From NCBI GenBank assembly GCA_965214835.1, contig CBDCCK010000002.1, positions 1,632,001 to 1,696,000 on the forward strand: 64,000 nucleotides of DNA. Reading direction: 5' to 3'. Below are positions 1 through 9,234 of the stretch, piece after piece (the stretch's first letter is position 1; every line of letters begins with the position of its first letter). The translations under genes were made by a program, and so were the position numbers. A model generated the notes under the pieces. It had not been told where the DNA came from, searched no databases, and saw only the letters and a list, made by a program, of their open reading frames with translations. The stretch comes from Nitrosopumilaceae archaeon (GTDB lineage: Archaea > Thermoproteota > Nitrososphaeria > Nitrososphaerales > Nitrosopumilaceae).

Positions 1-121
1 GGAAAGAGACAGGCCAAATAAAATCCCAAGCGTGGCAAAAGAGTACGGCATAGAGAGCATAGGGATCGTAGAGGTCTTTAGCAGAGAAGGCTGGACGTTT
101 TACAATAGACCTTATGCGTAA
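1..121 (+). CDS. 3' end of a DUF4411 (PIN-like) family protein, partial; last codons run into a MITE
   Basis: Frame 2 reads ERDRPNKIPSVAKEYGIESIGIVEVFSREGWTF, resembling the KIP..C/A...G......F..EGW.F C-terminus of DUF4411 proteins. Confidence 0.55.
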   Translation, partial: ERDRPNKIPSVAKEYGIESIGIVEVFSREGWTFYNRPYA

Positions 122-158
122 TCGGTTCAGATCTGGGACTATTACGAACAAATTCATC

Positions 159-251
159 GTATGTGGTCACGTCCCCCCGTTGGCCAGGCGTGAAAATCAT
201 AACCATACATGCCAATTCGTGCCTGATTGGTAGGGGCAGGTGACCTCGTAC
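159..251 (+). mobile_element. MITE family B, 93 bp, IS66-like ends, 8-bp TSD AATTCATC
   Basis: GTATGTGGTCAC...GTGACCTCGTAC; AATTCATC at 151-158 and 252-259. Confidence 0.92.
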
Positions 252-264
252 AATTCATCTCACT

Positions 265-344
265 AGACCTTATGCGTAATCGGTTCAGATCCAGGATTAC
301 TACGAACAAATTCATCTCATTCAGGTTAATTACGCATAAGGTCT
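265..344 (+). mobile_element. MITE family A, 80 bp, nested in another MITE A
   Basis: AGACCTTATGCGTAAT...ATTACGCATAAGGTCT; flanks ACT/ATT (host copy reads ATT). Confidence 0.88.
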
Positions 345-483
345 ATTCAGGTCGATTACGCAAAGTCTATTAGGCGACAACCCCGGTAATAACAACAGGT
401 GGGTAAGGTCTGTTGAGCAATCAATAGGATCTTGGCCGAACCGATGATGCCTGTTGGGCAGGCTGGGAGAAGTAGGTCGAGAG

Positions 484-790
484 TCACCATATTATCTTGT
501 CATTCCAATCCCATTTTTCGCGGTACTTCAATTTGTTACTGTACGCATCGTAAAACGTCGTGTCTCTATGAACGAGAAATCTCTGGGTTGCGCTTGCAAT
601 GTAATCTGCAACCTGAAGCATGGGCACACTTCTTGAGTCTTCATGATGAATAGACTTTATGTGTAATCTATTCAGATCTAGGATTATTACGAACAAATTC
701 ATCTCATTCAGGTCGATTACGCATAAGGTCTAATATTTGCAGTAAAATCCACCTTCAAATTTTTTTGCTTTATTCTATCATGAATTTTAC
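484..790 (-). pseudogene. DUF3800 family protein, C-terminal remnant interrupted by MITE A
   Basis: IHHEDSRSVPMLQVADYIASATQR contains the DS..LQxAD motif typical of DUF3800. Confidence 0.65.
652..731 (+). mobile_element. MITE family A, 80 bp, 3-bp TSD AAT
   Basis: TIRs AGACTTTATGTGTAATC / GATTACGCATAAGGTCT; AAT at 649-651 and 732-734. Confidence 0.9.
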
Positions 791-792
791 TT

Positions 793-1077
793 TTACAGTA
801 TAGGAGCTCTCTTTTTTGGAACAATCTCATCTTTGTGAATGTTTGATGAAGCCAGAGTTACATAACCTATTGTTTCGTTTTTGTAATTAACAAGGTATGT
901 TGTACCCAAATGCGCCTTTTGATTCTTCAATGCTCTTTTTTCAATAAAGTTTTGTAAAAATTGAGAATCTTGACCTTTGTTATCTGTGCAATCAAGACAT
1001 GGTTTAGTTTTTGAGTTTATTTGTGGAAAACTAAAAGCAGTTGTATCAATTACATCTTTTCTGGAAGAGCCACTCAC
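793..1077 (-). pseudogene. GNAT-family toxin-like acetyltransferase, C-terminally truncated
   Basis: DC...LQNFIEKRALKNQ...TTYLV...IGYVTL resembles the N-half of TA-associated GNATs; stops before the acetyl-CoA motif; AT-rich. Confidence 0.6.
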
Positions 1078-1128
1078 AAAATTGTGAAAGTATGCAGGTA
1101 ATTATTTTTTGCTTTGCTGAGGAATTGG

Positions 1129-1320
1129 CTATGAGCAATTATTGCGATAAAATTCTTCAGATTCTGCCATGAATTGCCGTTCTTTTTTTGTAGATTTGCT
1201 TTTTTGATATTTATCAAAGGACTTTGCATTTTTATCCTTTAGAACTATAGGATCATTTGGATTCATTCCAACATCGTCTCCAGTAGAGGGACTTTCTATG
1301 CTCTTTATTAAATTAAGCAT
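1129..1320 (-). CDS. Small putative antitoxin upstream of the GNAT gene
   Basis: Short charged ORF (PIVLKDKNAKSFDKY) directly upstream of the GNAT, same AT-rich island. Confidence 0.4.
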   Translation of the reverse strand: MLNLIKSIESPSTGDDVGMNPNDPIVLKDKNAKSFDKYQKSKSTKKERQFMAESEEFYRNNCS

Positions 1321-1388
1321 TTCATTATCCTGTTTCTTTTATAGATTCCGCCCGGATCAGGCATTTTGATCAGAAAGGAGGTGATAAC

Positions 1389-1590
1389 ATGATCAACGTA
1401 GGAATAGACGTACACAAAAAGACATGCGTTGCAGCAGTGAAGGGCGACTCTGGCAAGATGCTAGAGCGATCCACGTTTGAGAACAGCGTTTCTGCAACAA
1501 CGAATTTTGTAACAGACCTCAAGGCACAATACCATGGACAGCTGTCAATCATGGCAGTATGCGAGTCCACTGTCACGCAGAGAAAGTATG
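1389..1590 (+). pseudogene. IS110 transposase remnant with internal deletion
   Basis: GGAGGTGA RBS and MINVGIDVHKKTC..AVCEST, joined directly to TCACGCAGAGAAAGTAT (TQRKY), which matches the 3' end of the 18.8-kb copy. Confidence 0.8.
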
Positions 1591-1702
1591 AGGATGCATC
1601 GCATAGCAACATCGTCCTGATTCGGAACATCACGCTGGCAAGGGTCCGCGGTAGGATTAGGTACGATTTCATATGGGAGATCTCCACCATGGCCCTTCTG
1701 AC

Positions 1703-2692
1703 ATGAACAAGACGAAAATCCTCACGGATGCCATGCGTGTGGAAAAGGATACCAGGATCCATACCAGAATCCTAGCGGTGCGCTCCGTACTGCTTGGCAA
1801 CACCACTGCACAGACCGCAGAGATTGCCGACGTGACACAGCGTACCGTACAGATGCGGGTTGAGAGGTTCGAGCTTGACGGCGTTGACGGTCTCCGTGAC
1901 TCCCCCAACAGGGGCAAAAAGCCAAAGGTCCCAGTCGGCAGGATAAAAAAGATCGCCACAAAGTTGCGCAGGATGGAAAAGATCACCCCGAAGAAGATGC
2001 GCAACTGGGTGCGCCGCAGGCTGCATGTCACATACGGCGCGGGATGCATCAGAAGAATCCTGCGCACGATGGGATTCTCGCTAAAGACATCAACTGCCAG
2101 GCTGGTAAATGCTGCCGACGCAAAGGAGGTAAGACGGTGGCAAAGGGAGGCAAGAACCGCGATTAGGCTTGCAAAAAGGCGCGGATTCAGGATAACCGTA
2201 CAGGACGAGTCGGCATTCGTCAGTACGGGAAGGGACGGCAGAAAGTTCTGGTCGCCGGTGGGGGACAGAATCAAGGTGCAACGATCCGGCAGGAGGGAGC
2301 GCGTCGTGGTATACGGAACGGTTGCAGACGACGGAACCAGGCTGATGCGCACATACGACAGGTTCAACGGCGCAAACCTTGCGCGTTATCTCAAGCAGGT
2401 GCACAAAAAGTGGTGAAAGGTTCTGATTGTGATGGATAACGCATCGCAGCACAAGGCCGAAAGGGTCTGCAAATACCTGAAGAAAAACCCCGACATTGTC
2501 CTGCCGTGCCTGCCGGTAGCCAGGCCGGAGCTGAGCGCCATAGAGGCAGTCTGGAAGGAGGATGCCAAGTACAGGCTGGTCACGTCGGCCTTTTACGACC
2601 CGGCAGATCACCTCAAAAGGGCCGTCTCAGAATACTTTAGGACGTGTTCCATCAAGGTTGACATCCACAGGTATCTTGAGCGACGCGTGTAA
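1703..2692 (+). pseudogene. IS630-family transposase with one in-frame TGA (2414-2416)
   Basis: HTH region, QDES, MDNASQH and ELSAIE motifs; ORFs 1673-2416 and 2429-2692 share a frame. Confidence 0.85.
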
Positions 2693-2723
2693 TCAGGCGA
2701 AATTTTCAATGATCGTCAGTATA

Positions 2724-2749
2724 GTCAACAGGGGGACGTGACCACATAC
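2724..2749 (-). mobile_element. MITE B half copy
   Basis: CAGGGGGACGTGACCACATAC. Confidence 0.7.
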
Positions 2750-2831
2750 TATCATTTCAATCCAGAGAAGATCCAGGCTTCATGTCCCGAAGATTACACA
2801 GAACCATATGGGGTTTCGGAATGCGCGGCGA

Positions 2832-3695
2832 TCACAGGCTCTGCAGGATAGAGTCACACGTACTGCGGACCGCCCCCAAGTCCCGCCGCAGTTTCTCCCG
2901 ATCGCCTTCAAGGTCAAATGCAACCCTGAGGATGTAGATGAGATCGGGTCTCTTGTGTATCGAGTCTTTTAGCGATACAAAGTTTGCGTGGTTTATGCAG
3001 CTAAGGTACATGTAACAGTCAGCCAGCATGGAGTTTTTGATGAAATACCGGGTTTTTTCCCGGATGATTCTTGAGTGGTGGCTGTGCTTGACTTTGTCAG
3101 AAAAGCCCACGGTGGACTTGCACATTCGCTCCAGGAGGGACGTAGTGGCTCGCTCGACGCCTATGCAGTCGTTGACTATGGAGGCCCTGTCAGAAACGGG
3201 GCTCGGGGCAAGGTTTCGAAGCCTGTCCAGACAGTGGGCAGGCGTGGGCCCCTGCAGATTCAGCGCAAGCAGGGAGTTTGCAAGGTAGATGAGCGAGGAC
3301 TTTGCCCAGCACGGAGCAAACACGTCAGAACCAAGCCCGTCCCCTGCCCTGGTGACGCAGAAGATGGAGTTTATCAGGCAGTCTCTTGCATAGTCCCGGA
3401 AGATTGCGGTGCGCCTGTCCCGGACCCTAGAAAGAAGCATCTGCAGCTCCCAGGAGGGATCCTGCAGGATCCTCATGCTGTCATAGCTGACCAGTGTGTC
3501 AGAGTCAAGATCATCCAGCGATCCGTGGCCTATCCTTACGGATGCGTCATTTGCAAAGACGACCTCGTCTGGCTTGTTTGAGCCGTCAAATATGGTAACG
3601 TCATATCCGCATGCATCAGAACCGCCGCTTTGACACCCTCCGACACCCACTGGATGCCCAGTGGATAGCAGTCTCAGCAGCTCCCCGTCGTCCAT
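2832..3695 (-). CDS. Hypothetical protein, nucleotidyltransferase-like N-terminus
   Basis: 287-aa ORF, GVGGC..YDVTIFD; TTTATA upstream on the minus strand. Confidence 0.75.
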   Translation of the reverse strand: MDDGELLRLLSTGHPVGVGGCQSGGSDACGYDVTIFDGSNKPDEVVFANDASVRIGHGSLDDLDSDTLVSYDSMRILQDPSWELQMLLSRVRDRRTAIFRDYARDCLINSIFCVTRAGDGLGSDVFAPCWAKSSLIYLANSLLALNLQGPTPAHCLDRLRNLAPSPVSDRASIVNDCIGVERATTSLLERMCKSTVGFSDKVKHSHHSRIIREKTRYFIKNSMLADCYMYLSCINHANFVSLKDSIHKRPDLIYILRVAFDLEGDREKLRRDLGAVRSTCDSILQSL

Positions 3696-3806
3696 CAGGT
3701 AAGCTACGGCGGGGCTTTCTATAAATGAGGCAGCCGACTAAATTTTACCATTCGATGTACTCAAAGCATTTCCTTTAAATTAAGAGCGGTGGGATCCTTG
3801 ATCAGT

Positions 3807-3881
3807 GCTCCTATAGTGTAGTCCGGTTAAGCATACAGCCCTCTCAAGGCTGTGACCCGGGTTCAAATCCCGGTGGGAGCA
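3807..3881 (+). tRNA. tRNA-Glu(CTC)
   Basis: GCTCCTA/TGGGAGC acceptor stem, CAGCC-CTCTCAA-GGCTG anticodon arm, TTCAAAT T-loop; TTTAAA box upstream. Confidence 0.95.
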
Positions 3882-3896
3882 TCCCTTTTGTGTCAC

Positions 3897-4023
3897 AGGC
3901 ATGTCTAAAAAATCGTATAGCATCAGATCCTCCGTAAAATCAGGCGTAAGCAGGAAGTTTGGATGGATGTTTTACGCCTAGAAGGTTGAGGATCTTATGT
4001 TATACTTTTTTAGTAACATGCCT
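3897..4023. mobile_element. MITE family G, 127 bp, ~35-bp imperfect TIRs
   Basis: AGGCATGTCTAAAAAATCGTATAGCATCAGATCCTC versus the reverse complement of the right end, AGGCATGTTACTAAAAAAGTATAACATAAGATCCTC; internal AGGCGTAA/TTACGCCT. Confidence 0.75.
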
Positions 4024-4034
4024 ATAGTTCTTCC

Positions 4035-5443
4035 ATGATTAAACCCTTTGTCGCAGCAGGATTCTTTCTCGCTCTGGCTGTGGCCCTTACTGCCGACGCA
4101 CACGCTGAGGTGCCGCCCCCGCTAAAGCAGCTTGCAGCCGGCGTCTCTCCAGAGGGAGTTCTGTGCAGGGAGGGGCTCGCGCTGGTCGTGCGCGGCACAG
4201 ACAGCGCCATGTGTGTGTGAGTACAGAGACTGCCGAAAAGAAGGGGTGGACCGTAACCATACCTGATGCCGGCACCGCCGAGTCCACGCACCTGCTGCTG
4301 CAGGCAGGTGGCCTGGCACCGGCCGAGATTTCGGACTATTCTGGGATCGTGGCAGCAAACAACGGCTTTGCAGTCGACTTTTACTCGCACGCTGCCGGAC
4401 AGGAGGACACAAACATCGTATTCTCACCGTGGAGCATCTTCAGCGCCTTTGCGCTTGCACACGAGGGGGCGGGGGGAGGCACGAGAGACGAGCTCACAGA
4501 TGCGTTCGGGTTTCCGGAGGAAAAACACGTGCAGTTTGGCTCGGCAATGGCGGATCTGAACAGGCCAGATGCCGAGTACAGGCTGTCGGTTGCAAACGCG
4601 CTGTGGCTTGCAGAGTGGCTCGAGCCGCTAGAGGAGTACGTGCAGACCGCAAGGATATACTACGACAGCGGCGTGGAGAAGGTGGACTTTGGATCCGGTG
4701 ATGCGGTCAAGACGATTAACGGGTGGGTGTCAGATAACACCGGAGGCAAGATAGACGAGGTTCTGGCGCCCGACTCCGTCGGCCCCGCAACGGCTATGGT
4801 CATAACAAACGCAGTATACTTCAAGGGCGACTGGGTGTATACCTTTGACGAGTCCGGAACAATCGAGGACGGCTCGTTCTGGGTTACCCCCGACAAAAAG
4901 GTGGCAGTCCCGATGATGTACGGAAAGGAATATTACAGGCATGCGGACGTGGGCACGCACCAGGTCCTTGAGATGCCGTACGTGGGCGACCGCATCTCCA
5001 TGCTCGTGCTACTGCCAAACGAAAAGGGCGGGATAGACGAGCTGGAGGGGCTGCTGAGCGCCGAGAGCCTCGAGGAGTGGAGGGGGGATCTTGTAGGACG
5101 ACAACTAGAGGTCTATTTTCCAAAATTCAGTCTTGACGTCTCATACAATCTAAGAGAGGACCTGTCCGCGATGGGCGTGACCTCGCTCTTTGAAGGGACG
5201 GCAGACCTTTCTGGCATAGCCGGGGACGGGCAGCTGTACGTGTCAGACGCAGTCCACAAGGCGTTCATAAACGTAAACGAAAAGGGGACAGAGGCAGGTG
5301 CTACAACTACAATAGAAGCTACGGTATCAGGGCCTCAACTGTTTATAGCAAATCACCCGTTTGTCTTTGTCATACAGGACACGGAGACGGGCAACATACT
5401 GTTCATCGGAAGGCTGTCCGACCCGTCTCAGGGCGGCATGTGA
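4035..5443 (+). pseudogene. Secreted serpin with N-terminal PPLKQ module, frameshifted at a (TG)5 run (4210-4219)
   Basis: Signal peptide ORF 4035-4220, then serpin motifs NIVFSPWSI, NAVYFKGDW, EKGTEAGA and FIANHPFVF in ORF 4163-5443; removing one TG fuses them (MCVSTE). Confidence 0.85.
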
Positions 5444-5500
5444 GCCGGCATGTGGTACGCCACATGGGCGTGCCGACATACACTGCCCTGCATGACTGCT

Positions 5501-5576
5501 AGACTTTGCGTAATCGGTTCAGATTTGGGACTTACGAGCAAATTCATCCCATTCAGGTCGATTACACATGAGGTCT
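5501..5576 (+). mobile_element. MITE family A, decayed
   Basis: AGACTTTGCGTAATCGGTTCAGAT...CGATTACACATGAGGTCT. Confidence 0.8.
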
Positions 5577-5652
5577 AGTGCAAACTATGGATGCGCAGAT
5601 ATTCATGAAGGCGACGACTCGTCCTGGCCGCCTTGATCTACGTCATGCACAT

Positions 5653-5730
5653 AGATCTCATGCGTATTTGCCAAAAATGACGTAAAAGCTGCCTGATTTT
5701 TTTGATTTGCACCGATTACACACAGGGTCT
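5653..5730 (+). mobile_element. MITE family A2 (A-type TIRs, different core)
   Basis: Core TTTGCCAAAAATGACG..GCTGCCTG also at 52046-52123 and 56732-56810. Confidence 0.8.
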
Positions 5731-5868
5731 AGTGCCCAGCTTGGATGATCACCCGTCTTGGAGATCCTGGCCTTGCCTTTGTGCAGCATGGCATGCACGG
5801 GCGTCATCGGGTGTCTCAAGAGTTTATGACTGCCATCATGGCACGTGCCTTTGGCCAAAAAAATGGGT

Positions 5869-6642
5869 CTAGTTGCTTCCTATCAGGAATACAACGTTTG
5901 CGGTGGCCCTGACGTCTTGATCCGATGAAAAGATTGGTGCAGACTTGGCTACAAATCCCGCAGCTCTGTCCGAGTCGGCATATACGGCCACAGGCGGGGA
6001 GGTGCCAAATTCCGAGAGCGAGACTGCCTTGACGCCGATGATCTGGTGATCAAGTGGGGCAAGCGCACTCTGGGCCTTTGCCCTCGCATTGATCACGGCC
6101 TGTCCAAGGAGCTCGTCCCTGACTTTAAGCTGGGTCTCAGGGGACAGTGAAAAGTACACGCCGTCCACCCTGTTTGCGCCGGCGCCTACTGCGTTATCGA
6201 TGATGTCAGCAGCAGAGTCCAGCAGGGACGTCTCCACGCTCAGCGTATTGACCACCCTGTAGCCGACCAGATCCTGCCGGTACGTGTCGCCGTCCATGTA
6301 TCCCTCGTAGACGGGATGGATGCCCAGCTGGGAGGTGCCGAGATCGCCTTCAGATACGCCTGCCGACCTTACTGCAGAGACGACTGCGCTCATTGACTCG
6401 GAGTTTGCGGCAAGTGCCTCCTTTGCGGTTTTTGCCTGCGTTTCAACGCCAAGGGTGACCGTCAGGAGATCAGGATCCACCGCGGCAGCTGCGATGCCGG
6501 TAACGGAGATCACCTTTTCCCTTGAGGGGAATGGGACCGTGACCTGTGCCAGTGCCTGGTTTTCAACAGAAACAAGACCCGCTGCAAAGGCCAAGACCAG
6601 CATGACGCAGGCCAGGCCCGCAGCAGGAACTATTTTGTTCAT
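5869..6642 (-). CDS. SIMPL (DUF541) domain protein
   Basis: Signal peptide; ISVTG...PD...LGVET, GANRVDGVYFSLS. Confidence 0.9.
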   Translation of the reverse strand: MNKIVPAAGLACVMLVLAFAAGLVSVENQALAQVTVPFPSREKVISVTGIAAAAVDPDLLTVTLGVETQAKTAKEALAANSESMSAVVSAVRSAGVSEGDLGTSQLGIHPVYEGYMDGDTYRQDLVGYRVVNTLSVETSLLDSAADIIDNAVGAGANRVDGVYFSLSPETQLKVRDELLGQAVINARAKAQSALAPLDHQIIGVKAVSLSEFGTSPPVAVYADSDRAAGFVAKSAPIFSSDQDVRATANVVFLIGSN

Positions 6643-6742
6643 TGGAGGTGGTTTTGGCTTTGGGTATTTATGAAGTTCGCAAGCAGCACCGTAGGGACGG
6701 GGCGGAAATTTTCTTTAAATAACTAGCGCCGTATTTTTGTAT

Positions 6743-7393
6743 GTGGGGCTGCGAGACATCATCCTAAAGGAGGAGTACCGCTCAGACAGGGACGACATCG
6801 TCACGGAGTTTTTCGTGCCATGCCTGAGCAACTGCATAGAGTATGACAGGTGCATAGAGTTCGTATCGCTCAAGAGCCTGACCACCCTGGCGCTGGGATT
6901 TGACAACTTTATCAGCCACAAGGCAAGGATGAGGATAGTGACGGGCCACAGGTTCGGGGCATACGATCTGAACATGATATCGAGGCTGTATGAGACAGAG
7001 AACCTGTTCAGAAGCAGGAACATACGGGACGCCAAAATCAAGATGCTAAAGCAGGTCGTAGACAACCACCAGCTGGAGATGAAGATAGCGATTCCCAGCT
7101 CCGAGGATGTCGCAGGCTCGTTTACAGAGAAAATCGGAATATTCATAGATGACAATGGCGATGCCGTCGCATTCACAGGCACGTCAAATGAGACCTTCAG
7201 TACGCAGAGCAAAAACTTTGAGTCAATTGACGTATTCACGTCATGGAACGACAAGTCCAGGGTGGAGACCAAGGTCAGGGACTTTGAGGAGCTGTGGGAG
7301 AACAATACGAGGTACCTGGAGGTCTTTGGCTTTGAGAATGCAATCAGGCGCAACCTCGTAAAGTACTCGTCGCGCTGGGCACTGCAGGACTAG
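6743..7393 (+). CDS. Stand-alone PLD-like nuclease domain of the type found N-terminal to SF2 helicases
   Basis: YRSDRDDIVTEFFVPCL, EKIGIFID..VAFTGTSNET..NFESIDVF; GTG start ~25 nt after TTTAAA. Confidence 0.75.
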   Translation: MGLRDIILKEEYRSDRDDIVTEFFVPCLSNCIEYDRCIEFVSLKSLTTLALGFDNFISHKARMRIVTGHRFGAYDLNMISRLYETENLFRSRNIRDAKIKMLKQVVDNHQLEMKIAIPSSEDVAGSFTEKIGIFIDDNGDAVAFTGTSNETFSTQSKNFESIDVFTSWNDKSRVETKVRDFEELWENNTRYLEVFGFENAIRRNLVKYSSRWALQD

Positions 7394-7977
7394 GGACCGG
7401 CCTTGGCCCGGAACCTGTTCTCCAGAAAGCTCATTCCAGATATCTTGTAATAGATCACCTCGCCGCGCCGCTCGATGACGGCAAGTATCGGTTCCTTGCC
7501 CATCTGGGTTATCTCGGAGATTTTTTTCTGAAGCAGGCCGATTCTTTCCTGCCGGCCCTCGTTTAGCGCAAACACCAGATACCTTGCGCCCTTTTGGCCA
7601 AAATGCCCCCTCTCATAGACCCTAAAGTCAGAGCCGAATCCGAACCCGTCCTTTACCACGTATCCCCTTGTTCTCAGATCCCTGTAGACCAGGAACCTGG
7701 TCAGTATGTCCCGGTCGTTTTTCTGGTAGACTCGGATCAGGCGATCAAAGTCTAGGGTCAGGCCTCCCCTTTTCAGGGTCAGGCGGCCGATGTAGACAAG
7801 ATAGAGCGCCTCAAAGCTTGCCAGGACGAACCGGTTTTCCTCAGGCTCGCCGTATCCCCTGGCTTCCAGCGCGTGGCGCATGTCGGGGTTTTCGATGAGG
7901 ATCTGCCCCCTGACGAGCTTTCCTTCCACCTGCGGCTCTTCGGATGACAAGATGTACAGTGGTGGGTGATTTTCCAT
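7390..7977 (-). CDS. endA: tRNA-intron endonuclease subunit
   Basis: VYRDLRTRGYVVKDGFGFGSDFRVY motif. Confidence 0.9.
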   Translation of the reverse strand: MENHPPLYILSSEEPQVEGKLVRGQILIENPDMRHALEARGYGEPEENRFVLASFEALYLVYIGRLTLKRGGLTLDFDRLIRVYQKNDRDILTRFLVYRDLRTRGYVVKDGFGFGSDFRVYERGHFGQKGARYLVFALNEGRQERIGLLQKKISEITQMGKEPILAVIERRGEVIYYKISGMSFLENRFRAKAGP

Positions 7978-8142
7978 ATAAGGCTACATTATTGCCGCAA
8001 TGCGCGCACGTCCGGCTGGCCTGTCGCACGACCCCGGTTTTAGGCACAAAAGACCAGCTGTTTTTATGCGCTCAGGCACGGTTGTGCAACAAGCCACGTC
8101 CGGCTAACCGTTAAAATATGGGCCTCGGAGTCTTATGATAAA

Positions 8143-8643
8143 ATGCACGGTGCAAACTATAGAAGGAGCAACGGACAGCCCTATGCGCGAAAAAAGTACA
8201 TCAAGGGCAAGCCCCAGTCAAAGATCGCAAAATATCATGGCGGAAAGAGGGGCGACTATGACTATGTCGTTCAGCTGCTGATCAACGAAAAGATCCAGAT
8301 CAGGCACATGGCCATAGAGTCGTGCAGGCTTGCCGCAAACAAGCGTCTGGAAAAGACAACCGGTGAGGGCGGCTACTTTTCAAGACTGAGGATTTACCCG
8401 CACATCCTGCTGCGTGAGAACAAGATGATTGCGACGGCAGGCGCAGACAGGCTGCAGGAGGGGATGAGAAGGGCCTTTGGAAAGGCGGTAAGCCTGGCAG
8501 CAAGGGTCAGAATAGGCCAGTGCATCATGGAGATGGAGGTAAAGGAGGAGCACGTGGATGCCGCATCAAAGGCGCTCAAGGCAGCATGTGTCAAGCTGCC
8601 CGGGACGCCGTCAATCAAGGTCATTCCAATCAGCAGGAACTAG
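8143..8643 (+). CDS. rpl10e: 50S ribosomal protein uL16 (L10e)
   Basis: AGADRLQEGMRRAFGK motif. Confidence 0.97.
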   Translation: MHGANYRRSNGQPYARKKYIKGKPQSKIAKYHGGKRGDYDYVVQLLINEKIQIRHMAIESCRLAANKRLEKTTGEGGYFSRLRIYPHILLRENKMIATAGADRLQEGMRRAFGKAVSLAARVRIGQCIMEMEVKEEHVDAASKALKAACVKLPGTPSIKVIPISRN

Positions 8644-8725
8644 GGATTTCAGCTCGGACAATCTTAAAAAAACCCCAAGCTTGATCAGTAGGATTTTAAT
8701 AGCCAGAATCAGGATTGACGGATGG

Positions 8726-8802
8726 GCAGTTGTAGTATAGTTTGGTTATTATTCGAGCTTGCCAAGTTCGTGACCCGGGTCCGAATCCCGGCAACTGCAC
8801 CA
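8726..8802 (+). tRNA. tRNA-Gly(GCC), encoded CCA
   Basis: GCAGTTG/CAACTGC acceptor stem, CGAGC-TTGCCAA-GTTCG arm; T-loop reads TCCGAAT. Confidence 0.92.
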
Positions 8803-9234
8803 CTAGCCTTCAGGCCCGGCCGCCAGCCCCCTTTTGATGATCTCAAGGGCATTTACTGCCTTGTCCGGCCTTGGCAGCTGAATCATGAACACGTTGTCCT
8901 GTCCAAGCTTTGACTTTGGCGAGGACAGTGTCAGGATGGACGTCCTTGCAAGCAGCTCAAAGAAGCTCAGGGACTCGTTTGCGTTTACAATGATCCTCTC
9001 TACAAAGCCGCCCCTTGAGAAGGTCAGGACTATCTCGACAAAAACGTGTCCCAGGCCGTCCTGCAGTATGTTCAGGTCGGTGTTGATTGAGAGTGCCTGC
9101 CCTGCCACCTTTTGCAAAATGGCGTCAAACCTTTCCTCCTCAAGCAGTATGCAGGGGGTCGGCCTGCCGTCAAAGTCAAACGTGGTTATGCCGTCATGGG
9201 CCCTCTCCAGCAGGGAGTCCAGGTCATCAGGCAT
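8803..9234 (-). CDS. Hypothetical protein
   Basis: 143-aa ORF overlapping the antiporter stop, host-like codon usage. Confidence 0.8.
   Translation of the reverse strand: MPDDLDSLLERAHDGITTFDFDGRPTPCILLEEERFDAILQKVAGQALSINTDLNILQDGLGHVFVEIVLTFSRGGFVERIIVNANESLSFFELLARTSILTLSSPKSKLGQDNVFMIQLPRPDKAVNALEIIKRGLAAGPEG

Larger units (their letters stand above)
107..368 (+). mobile_element. MITE family A (TIR AGACCTTATGCGTAATCG) carrying two nested MITEs
   Basis: Left TIR at 107, right TIR CGATTACGCAAAGTCT ends at 368; interrupted by MITE B (159-251) and a second MITE A (265-344). Confidence 0.85.

Noticed and set aside
106-732. CRISPR-like or iteron array from the recurring TAGACCTTATGCGTAATCG
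   Set aside because: The copies are inverted pairs with TSDs, i.e. MITE ends.
2414-2416. Selenocysteine or programmed read-through TGA in IS630
   Set aside because: Position corresponds to a Gly in similar transposases (YGKV); simple nonsense mutation.
7982-8097. Possible MITE between endA and rpl10e
   Set aside because: Terminal similarity too weak; no TSD or second copy found.
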